Assembly: GCA_964601345.1 (NCBI GenBank)
Contig: CAZRND010000135.1
Span: 1 to 13,160, forward strand
Direction of reading: 5' to 3'
Length of the DNA: 13,160 nt
Source of the DNA: an uncultured Acidobacteriota bacterium
GTDB lineage: Bacteria > Acidobacteriota > Terriglobia > JAJPHL01
The position numbers were made by a program, and so were the translations under genes. The notes under the pieces are model-generated. The model was not told where the DNA came from and searched no databases. It saw nothing but the letters and a program-made list of their open reading frames with translations. Position 1 is the stretch's first letter. The number at the start of each line of letters is the position of its first letter. Positions 1 to 6,046 of the stretch are shown piece after piece.

Positions 1-3
1 CCC

Positions 4-93
4 GGCTATGTGATCGCCGTCGGCGCATGTGGAGGCGAACAGGCTATGGCAAAGTTCGACTCCATGTGCCGAATAGCTTGTAAGGGCTATGGC
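4..93. repeat. Three direct copies of GGCTATG(G/T)(G/C): GGCTATGTG 4-12, GGCTATGGC 42-50, GGCTATGGC 85-93
   Basis: Two exact 9-mers and one 8/9 copy occur within 90 bp upstream of the winged-helix gene. Spacing is 38 and 43 bp. Confidence 0.4.
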
Positions 94-106
94 CCTGCCT
101 TGCTGA

Positions 107-445
107 AGGCTACTGGATTCTCCGCTTCAGCGTGTTCGAGCTAGCCCTGCACGCTGGCGAACTGCGCAGAAACTCAGGGTCCGACTAGAACAGCAATCAT
201 TCCGCGTGCTGGCGGCTCTCTTGCTTAGGCCGGGAGAACTCGTCACACGCGACGAACTCAGGCAGACTCTCTGGTCTTCGGGCACCAATGTCGACTTTGA
301 ACATGGCGTCAACCGGGCCATGAACAAACTGCGTGTAATTCTGGGAGATTCATATGCTGCGCCAAGGTTCATCGAGACGCTGTGGGGGCGCGGCTATCGT
401 TTCATCGCTCCCGTAAGCGCCTCTAACTTTCCTTATGTCAAATGA
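107..445 (+). CDS. CadC/OmpR-type winged-helix DNA-binding domain protein (trans_reg_C-like), standalone ~110 aa; apparently frameshifted and possibly a pseudogene
   Basis: Frame-2 translation 107-445 reads VRLEQQSFRVLAALLLRPGELVTRDELRQTLW...NRAMNKLRVILGD...PRFIETLWGRGYRFIAPV. This is the characteristic wing and recognition-helix signature of OmpR/CadC-family winged helices. The expected N-terminal strand (YWILRFSVFELALHAGELRRNSG) is encoded in a different frame (84-185, ending at TAG 186-188) and has no ATG/GTG/TTG start. The two frames would be joined by inserting one G in the GGG run at 177-179. The track ORF 206..445 (GTG start) is the only piece with a start codon. Confidence 0.6.
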   Translation, partial: RLLDSPLQRVRASPARWRTAQKLRVRLEQQSFRVLAALLLRPGELVTRDELRQTLWSSGTNVDFEHGVNRAMNKLRVILGDSYAAPRFIETLWGRGYRFIAPVSASNFPYVK

Positions 446-849
446 TGAACGTGCAGGCCCTTGATCTTTCCAAAGTGCCGGATGTTTGCGGTGGCCACCG
501 AAAAACCTAAGTCCAAGGCGACAGCGCCGATCCACAGGTCTGCGGTTGGGATGGTCACGCCTCGAGATCTGAGGCTAGCGTCTATCTGCGCGGTAATTCG
601 GGCCGCCGGCAGCGTCAGAGGACAGACAGGAATGCGCGCCAGGATTTCTTCCACGAATTCCTCCCGCCGCGCGCGGACCTCAGGCTTTGTTGCTCGCCAA
701 ACTCCATGCAGAAGTTCAGCAGCGGTCACCGAGGCGATGGCCAATTCCGGATCGCGAAAGGCGGCTGAGACTCGCTTCAGGATCTCGGGCAGGGTTTGGC
801 CGCGACGCTCGCCCCCAATGAAGACGGTGGAATCGAGGATCAGTCCCAC
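433..849 (-). CDS. vapC: Type II toxin VapC (PIN-domain ribonuclease)
   Basis: 138 aa. N-terminus MGLILDSTVFIGGERRG resembles the PIN-domain opener (ILDTNVLI) with acidic residues spaced as in VapC. Its start overlaps the stop of the upstream antitoxin gene by 10 nt. Confidence 0.8.
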   Translation of the reverse strand: MGLILDSTVFIGGERRGQTLPEILKRVSAAFRDPELAIASVTAAELLHGVWRATKPEVRARREEFVEEILARIPVCPLTLPAARITAQIDASLRSRGVTIPTADLWIGAVALDLGFSVATANIRHFGKIKGLHVHHLT

Positions 850-1115
850 GAAGGAGGTTTGTCAGCCGGGTTCCCGCGAATGATCTTTTCCAAATCGCGC
901 GCAAACCCCGGATCGGGAGCAACAGACGGGCGCGCCAGCTTGATCGCCAGGCACTCCGAAGCGCGGCGCGGCGCGAAGGGAGCCGGCCCAATCACGGCAA
1001 CTGGACGCGATCGCCGCACGATCACGGCTTCCAGCCCTGCCTCTACCTTGTCCAGGAGCCGGGAGAAGTCGCGGGCAGCCGCAGTGGCCGAAACCTTGGA
1101 AATCCGATTTCGCAT
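840..1115 (-). CDS. vapB: Type II antitoxin, Phd/YefM/VapB-like
   Basis: 91 aa, MRNRISKVSATAAARDFSRLLDKVEAGLEAVIVRRSRPVAVIGP. This is the typical antitoxin N-terminal fold signature. It sits immediately upstream of and overlapping the PIN toxin. A TATGAT -10-like hexamer lies 6 nt upstream of its ATG on the minus strand. Confidence 0.75.
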   Translation of the reverse strand: MRNRISKVSATAAARDFSRLLDKVEAGLEAVIVRRSRPVAVIGPAPFAPRRASECLAIKLARPSVAPDPGFARDLEKIIRGNPADKPPSWD

Positions 1116-1141
1116 ACGATAATCATATCACGCACCGGTTC

Positions 1142-2950
1142 CTACGACGAACCCTTGCCCCCATCGGACTGCAGCATCTTGACGAGGAGCAGGTTCACTA
1201 AGCTGCCCGCGTCGGCGCCGCCGCCGGCGACAATGTCGGGCACCAGCTTGACCTTGTTCGACGCCAGGGCCTGCGCGATCTGCACCGTGGCGTAGTTGCC
1301 GGCCTCCATCGAGCGGATTTTTTCCTGCGCCACCTGGGCCTCGGCCGATCCCACGGCCTTGACCTTCGCCGCCTCGGCGTTGCCGACTACGAGCGTCACA
1401 TTCGCGTCCGCCTCGGCGTTGATCTTCTTGGACTGCGCCTCGCCCTCCGCCTGCTTCACGCGCGCCTGCGCCTCGAATTCCTTGATCTCGACCGTGCGCT
1501 GCGCGGTGACCACGCCCGATTGCGTCGCCGCCATGGCCCTCGCCTGTTCCAGCTCCTTCCGCGTCTCCTCGGCCATTTGTTGCGTCTGGTAGGTCACCTT
1601 CTCCTGCTCGGCGATCTTCCGGTCGGTCAGCGTCTTCATCAGCGCTTCGGGAGGCGTGATGTCGCCGATCAGCGTATCGATCGCAACCACGTTGTACACT
1701 TCGAGGGCCTTCTTGATCGACTCTTTCGCCTGCTCCTGCCGTTCGCTGCGCTTCTTCAGGAACTCGATCACGTCGGAAGTCTGCGCAGCGTTGCGAAAGT
1801 AGTTGCCGATGGTCGGCTCGAGGACTTGGGTCACGAGATTGACCATCGTTCCGAATCGCGCGATTACCTTCGGCGCCTCGTTTCGAGGGACGTGGATGAT
1901 CTGGCTCACATCCAGATTGAATGTGAAGCCGTCCGAGGACCGCACCGTGATCGTCGAGAGGCGTTCGTCCAGTTTGTGCGCTTCCGTCTTGCCGGTGGCC
2001 CAGTTCAGAACGATGTTCGCGGTCGGAACGACCTCGACCCGGTGCGTCAGAGGGTTGATGGGATATTTTCCGGGATCGAGCGGCTCGACCCACACGCCCT
2101 TCTGCCCCTTTTTGACGAGATTGCCGTGCTGGAACGCCTCGCCCGTCTGATCGACGCCTTCTTCCCCGACAAAAGCGATGACGACGCCGACATTGGCGAT
2201 CGGCACTTCCGTCATGTCCACCGCCTCGACGGTCGCGAACCGCGGGTTGATGAAATAGCGCCCCGCCAGGATGACTTGTTCCTGCAGGCCCTTGTTGCCG
2301 CCGTTGTCAATGAACGTCTCGGCATCCTGGAACATGTTGTGGCCGGAAATAACCCCGCCGGCGATTTCGCCCGGAGGAAGCGGCGCGCCGTCTTTGGTCG
2401 TGACAATGCCGACCGTGTTGTCGGGCACTTCGAGCACGTCGCTGAGGAGCACGGAGAACAACTCGGTGTTGATGCGATAGCTGCCCGGCGGAACGATCGA
2501 GATTTGCGGGCCGCGCTCTCCGCCATTCATCAGAAACGCGCGGGCATCCTGGAACGAATTGCAGAGCACCGTTTTAGCGAGCACGCGGCCACCCGAGAGC
2601 GGCTTGCCGTCGCGCGCTTCGACAATGCCGATTTTGCCCTTTTCGATCACGGTGAACGGAACCAGCTTGACGGCATATTGCCACGCCCACAGCCCGAAGT
2701 GAATTCCCGGCGCTAGCGTGTCGGCTTGCAGGCCGGCCTCTCCATGCAGCGCGACAATCGCGCCGCCTGGCAAGGTCTTGTTCTTGCCGAGGAGAACCCA
2801 TTTCTTGATGACGATTCCCACTTGATCCTTGCCGACGATGACCGTGCCGAAGAACACGCGCAGGATCACCTTGTATAAGGCTCCAATGACGGCAAGGATA
2901 AACAGCGCCAGCAAGACCTTGCCGAACGTTCCGCTGAGTATGTCCATCAC
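1142..2950 (-). CDS. Flotillin / SPFH (band-7) family membrane protein, YqiK-like, with a triplicated N-terminal module
   Basis: 602 aa. It has an N-terminal TM helix (VLLALFILAVIGALY) and an SPFH core (VRSSDGFTFNLDVSQIIHV...NYFRNAAQTSDVIEFL). A long Ala/Glu/Gln-rich coiled-coil flotillin tail follows (EQEKVTYQTQQMAEETRKELEQARA...). An AAGGAGGG SD at 2954-2961 (minus) sits 7 nt before the ATG at 2947; the track start at 2950 is GTG, so ATG 2947 is the more likely true start. Confidence 0.9.
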   Translation of the reverse strand: MMDILSGTFGKVLLALFILAVIGALYKVILRVFFGTVIVGKDQVGIVIKKWVLLGKNKTLPGGAIVALHGEAGLQADTLAPGIHFGLWAWQYAVKLVPFTVIEKGKIGIVEARDGKPLSGGRVLAKTVLCNSFQDARAFLMNGGERGPQISIVPPGSYRINTELFSVLLSDVLEVPDNTVGIVTTKDGAPLPPGEIAGGVISGHNMFQDAETFIDNGGNKGLQEQVILAGRYFINPRFATVEAVDMTEVPIANVGVVIAFVGEEGVDQTGEAFQHGNLVKKGQKGVWVEPLDPGKYPINPLTHRVEVVPTANIVLNWATGKTEAHKLDERLSTITVRSSDGFTFNLDVSQIIHVPRNEAPKVIARFGTMVNLVTQVLEPTIGNYFRNAAQTSDVIEFLKKRSERQEQAKESIKKALEVYNVVAIDTLIGDITPPEALMKTLTDRKIAEQEKVTYQTQQMAEETRKELEQARAMAATQSGVVTAQRTVEIKEFEAQARVKQAEGEAQSKKINAEADANVTLVVGNAEAAKVKAVGSAEAQVAQEKIRSMEAGNYATVQIAQALASNKVKLVPDIVAGGGADAGSLVNLLLVKMLQSDGGKGSS

Positions 2951-2953
2951 GCT

Positions 2954-2961
2954 CCCTCCTT
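2954..2961 (-). promoter_or_regulatory. Shine-Dalgarno (AAGGAGGG) for the flotillin gene
   Basis: Reverse complement of ccctcctt at 2954-2961 gives AAGGAGGG. It lies 7 nt upstream of ATG (2947-2945) and 4 nt upstream of GTG (2950-2948). Confidence 0.55.
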
Positions 2962-3027
2962 ATATATGAGAGCAACCAGCCAGAAGATTAGCATGGGAGA
3001 GTATTATGCGCCGCCCATCGAAAACAA

Positions 3028-3828
3028 GTGAAGTATTCTTTACGAATGAAGTTCCGCATCGCGCTCGCGAATCTCCGCTATCCCGCCGCGCCGGAGGAGT
3101 CGGTGGCCCTCGCGACGCGTACCCTTTGGGAAGCCGCGTCGCAAGGAGTGCGCATCGTGTGTTTTCCCGAGTGCTACGTGCCCGGATACCGCGGACTCGG
3201 CAAGCGGCCGCCGCCGCCCGACTCGGCGTTCCTTGAACGCGCCTGGACCGCAATCGCCGATGCCGCGGGAAAGGCCAAGGTCGCCGTCGTTCTTGGAACG
3301 GAACGCCTCTCCGCAGGCAAGCTGCACGCCACTGCGCTCGTCATCAACGCCGACGGATCGCGCGCCGGATTCCAGGACAAGGTCCAGGTCGATCCATCGG
3401 AAGATGAAACCTACACGCCGGGCGAAGGTCGCCGCGTCTTTCAGGCGGGGGAGCTTACCTTCGGCGTGTCGATCTGCCACGAAGGATGGCGCTATCCCGA
3501 AACCGTACGTTACGCCGCGCGGCACGGCGCGCAGGTCGTTTTTCATCCGCACTATCACCCGCCCGAGCCCGGCTCGCACCAGCCGGCGATGTTCGCCGAT
3601 CCCGCGAACACGTTTCACGAGAAGGCCATGTTCTGCCGCGCCGCGGAGAACACAATCTACTTCGCATCCGTCAATTACGCTTGCGGCCTGTCACCGACCA
3701 CGTCGGCGGTGGCGCGACCGGACGGAACTTTGCTCTCTCATCAGCCCTACGGCTCGGAAGGTCTGCTCGTCGCTGACCTTGATCTGTCCGCGGCGACCGG
3801 CCTACTCGCCTCACGTTTAAGGAGTTAG
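3028..3828 (+). CDS. Carbon-nitrogen hydrolase (nitrilase superfamily) protein
   Basis: 266 aa (start GTG 3028, or ATG 3046 giving MKFRIALANL). It has the Glu-Lys-Cys triad context typical of the superfamily: VCFPECYVPGY (Glu), GFQDKVQ (Lys), FGVSICHEGWRYPE (Cys). AQVVFHPH follows. No SD precedes either start. Confidence 0.85.
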   Translation: MKYSLRMKFRIALANLRYPAAPEESVALATRTLWEAASQGVRIVCFPECYVPGYRGLGKRPPPPDSAFLERAWTAIADAAGKAKVAVVLGTERLSAGKLHATALVINADGSRAGFQDKVQVDPSEDETYTPGEGRRVFQAGELTFGVSICHEGWRYPETVRYAARHGAQVVFHPHYHPPEPGSHQPAMFADPANTFHEKAMFCRAAENTIYFASVNYACGLSPTTSAVARPDGTLLSHQPYGSEGLLVADLDLSAATGLLASRLRS

Positions 3829-3874
3829 CTCGGCGCGGGTCTTTTCCCAGGATCACTCGTATAACCTAACGGCA

Positions 3875-4417
3875 ATGGACGAGATCGCGCGGCTGCGACG
3901 TGGCGACCCGGAAGCATTGACCGCAGTCCTGTCGCGAAATCAGCAGCGCCTCTACCGATTTCTGGTGCGGCTGGTGCGCGACCGGGCCCTGGCCGACGAT
4001 CTCTTCCAGCAGACCTGGCTGCGCGTGATGGAAAAAATCGGCCAATACGATTCCGCTCATCGATTCGAGACCTGGCTCTTCACGATCGCGCATCACTTGA
4101 CGATCGATCATCTGCGCCGGAAGAGCGGAACGAGCCTCGACGTACCGGACGAGTCAGGCGTCACCGGCGCCGAGCGGCTGCGCTCGGGCGGTCGCGATCC
4201 TCTGGAAGGACTCCTCGAATCGGAGCGCGGCGCGATCCTTTCGGCTGCGATCCAGGAATTGCCGGACATCCATCGCGAGGTTCTGGCGCTGCGCTTTGAA
4301 GAAGGAATGAAGCTCGAAGAGATTGCCGAAGTCGTTGACGTCCCGCTCTCGACGGTGAAGAGCCGGTTGATGCGGGCGCTGGTGAGTTTGCGGGAACGAG
4401 TGGAGCAGCGAATATGA
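3875..4417 (+). CDS. ECF (group IV, sigma-70 family) RNA polymerase sigma factor
   Basis: 180 aa. Region 2 reads LFQQTWLRVMEKIGQYDSAHRFETWLFTIAHHLTIDHLRRK. Region 4 HTH reads EVLALRFEEGMKLEEIAEVVDVPLSTVKSRLMRALVSLRE. Its stop TGA (4415-4417) overlaps the ATG (4414-4416) of the next gene. Confidence 0.9.
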   Translation: MDEIARLRRGDPEALTAVLSRNQQRLYRFLVRLVRDRALADDLFQQTWLRVMEKIGQYDSAHRFETWLFTIAHHLTIDHLRRKSGTSLDVPDESGVTGAERLRSGGRDPLEGLLESERGAILSAAIQELPDIHREVLALRFEEGMKLEEIAEVVDVPLSTVKSRLMRALVSLRERVEQRI

Positions 4418-4884
4418 CGGAACACGAAACCATTCAGGCAATGCTGACTCTCGCCGCCGCCGGAGCGCTCGATCCGGCGGAGTTGGCGCAGGTCCAGCGT
4501 CACGCCGAGACGTGCGAGGCATGCCGCAAGGAACTGGCGGTATGGGGCTCGTTCACGCGCGGACTCGCGGCGTTACCGCAGCCCATCCTGCCCCCGGCTC
4601 TCATGGAGCGCACTCGGGCGCGCGTGCTCGAACAGAAAGAAGCGTCCGCCAACACGCGACTCGAGGCATTCGTGCTGGCGGGACTCGCGGTATTCGGATG
4701 GCTGGTCGGCACGGCGGCGTGGTCGTTCGTGCGGATTCTCTTCGCCGGATCGCTTCCGGTGATGGGCATGGATCTCGCCAAAGGCTGGCATTGGTTTCTC
4801 TTTACGACCGTGCTGGCGTGGATGACCGCGGCGTCGGCCGCGGCGGTACTTGGAAAACGCAACGAGACAGAGAGGACTCTATGA
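4414..4884 (+). CDS. Anti-sigma factor, ZAS-type (HxxxCxxC) with two TM helices and no extracytoplasmic sensor domain
   Basis: 156 aa. The N-terminal ~50 aa carry RHAETCEACRKEL (H-x3-C-x2-C, the zinc anti-sigma signature). Two hydrophobic helices follow (AFVLAGLAVFGWLVGTAAW and WHWFLFTTVLAWMTAASAAAVLG), separated by ~18 aa. The gene is coupled to the sigma gene by ATGA at 4414-4417 and to the next gene by ATGA at 4881-4884. Confidence 0.75.
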   Translation: MTEHETIQAMLTLAAAGALDPAELAQVQRHAETCEACRKELAVWGSFTRGLAALPQPILPPALMERTRARVLEQKEASANTRLEAFVLAGLAVFGWLVGTAAWSFVRILFAGSLPVMGMDLAKGWHWFLFTTVLAWMTAASAAAVLGKRNETERTL

Positions 4885-5357
4885 ATCAGAATTCGGAAAC
4901 GAATGTAATCCCGCTCCCAGCATGGCTGACCGCGGCGGTGCTCGGCGGCGGGCTCGCCGTCTTTCTGCTCACGGTGGCGATGCCGAAGAGCAACTGGCCC
5001 GAGCCCTTCCAGGTGTGCTTCTCCATCTGCATGGGGTTGGTCCTGGGCGGCTACGTGCTGCTCATCGGCTACGTCAATGGAGACGCCCAGCGGCGCGGGA
5101 TGCGGCACGTGATGTGGACGCTGTTGAGCATCTTCATCCCCAACGGCATCGGCATCATTCTGTACTTCATCCTGCGCGAACCGCTGCCCCGCAAGTGCCC
5201 CCAGTGCGGCGCGTCGGTCAGCAACAAAGGCGGCGCCTATTGCCCGGCGTGCGGCGGGGCGATGGTCAACACCTGCCCGGCGTGTCATGCGGTGGTGGAT
5301 CCAAATTGGTCTCATTGCGTACAGTGCGGAAAAATCTTGAAGGGAGAAAACTCATGA
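4881..5357 (+). CDS. Membrane protein with 3 predicted TM helices and a C-terminal double zinc-ribbon (4x CxxC)
   Basis: The true start is ATG 4881 rather than the track start 4512. It is preceded by GAGAGGA 5 nt upstream and shares the ATGA overlap with the anti-sigma stop. The 4512-4880 stretch lies antisense-frame inside the anti-sigma gene and is Arg/Gly junk. The 158 aa have helices at ~15-33, 45-65 and 79-98. The tail is CPQCG...YCPACG...CPACH...CVQCG. Confidence 0.7.
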   Translation: MNQNSETNVIPLPAWLTAAVLGGGLAVFLLTVAMPKSNWPEPFQVCFSICMGLVLGGYVLLIGYVNGDAQRRGMRHVMWTLLSIFIPNGIGIILYFILREPLPRKCPQCGASVSNKGGAYCPACGGAMVNTCPACHAVVDPNWSHCVQCGKILKGENS

Positions 5358-6046
5358 AGACACGTCTTGTGATCTTGTTCGCGATTCTGAGCGCCTCGGC
5401 ATTTGCACAACAAGCCCACTGGGAGGGCACGCTCCAAATGCCGAACCGCGAAATGCAACTCACGGTGGACCTGGCGAAGAAAGCCGGCGGAGAGTGGATC
5501 GGCTCGCTTCACCTTCCGGACGCCGGATTGAACGACGTTCCGCTGGCGCGGATTTCCGTGAAAGAGAAAGACGTCCGGTTCGTGATCTCCGGACTTCCGA
5601 TGCCGCCTACGTTCGAAGCCAAGCTCTCGGACGACGGCAACACGCTCGCGGGCATGGCCAAGTCAAACCGTGGCGATGCGGCCTTCGAGCTGAAGCGCAA
5701 GGGTGACGCCAACGTAAAGCTGCCGCCCGCCAGCACGGCGCTCGCGAAGGAGTTCGAGGGCACGTGGCAGGGAACCCTGGATGTTCCCAACGGGCGCAAG
5801 CTGCGCGCCATCGTGAAGCTGGCGCGCGGCGCGGACGGCGTCGCCCAGGGCTCGCTCGTCAGCGTCGACGAGGACAATCAGGAATTTCCGCTGACGACGA
5901 TCGCGCAGAAGGAGAAACAATTGCAGTTCGAGATCCTGGTGATCCGGTCGAAATTCACGGGGACGCTCGCCGAGGGCGGCGCGGAGATCGCCGGCGAATA
6001 TGTCGTGCAGGGCCTGAAGCTGCCGCTGATCCTCAAGAAGCAGTAA
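5354..6046 (+). CDS. Secreted or periplasmic protein with two tandem ~100-aa beta-rich (lipocalin/calycin-like?) domains
   Basis: True start is ATG 5354, preceded by AAGGGAG, with an ATGA overlap with the upstream stop at 5354-5357. It has a signal peptide, MKTRLVILFAILSASAFA|QQ. Repeat 1 (HWEGTLQMPNREMQLTVDLAKKAGGEWIGSL...RFVISGL...FELKRK) and repeat 2 (TWQGTLDVPNGRKLRAIVKLARGADGVAQGSL...LQFEILV...LPLILKKQ) align along their whole length. Confidence 0.7.
   Translation: MKTRLVILFAILSASAFAQQAHWEGTLQMPNREMQLTVDLAKKAGGEWIGSLHLPDAGLNDVPLARISVKEKDVRFVISGLPMPPTFEAKLSDDGNTLAGMAKSNRGDAAFELKRKGDANVKLPPASTALAKEFEGTWQGTLDVPNGRKLRAIVKLARGADGVAQGSLVSVDEDNQEFPLTTIAQKEKQLQFEILVIRSKFTGTLAEGGAEIAGEYVVQGLKLPLILKKQ

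Noticed and set aside
1-141. Frame-1 ORF open from the window edge (PGYVIAVGACGGEQAMAKFDSMCRIACKGYGPALLK...)
   Set aside because: It has no recognisable motif and contains the GGCTATGGC repeats, which fits non-coding DNA better. It cannot be evaluated without the upstream sequence.
1128-2716. Long ORFs 1128..2093 (-) and 1520..2716 (+) overlapping the flotillin gene
   Set aside because: They are Arg/Gly/Asp/His-rich low-complexity translations typical of alternative frames of GC-rich coding DNA. They have no recognisable motifs, whereas the flotillin frame has clear SPFH and coiled-coil homology.
3006-3236. 76-aa ORF with a good SD (GGGAGAG) overlapping the nitrilase start
   Set aside because: The product is Arg/Ala-rich low complexity, it overlaps a well-supported gene in another frame, and nothing argues for coding potential. 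It is kept only as a low-interest finding in case it is a uORF.
4512-5353. Upstream extensions of the track ORFs 4512..5357 and 4850..6046
   Set aside because: The extensions overlap the preceding gene in a different frame and translate to Arg/Gly junk. Internal ATGs at 4881 and 5354 have SDs, ATGA coupling and sensible N-termini (TM helix or signal peptide).
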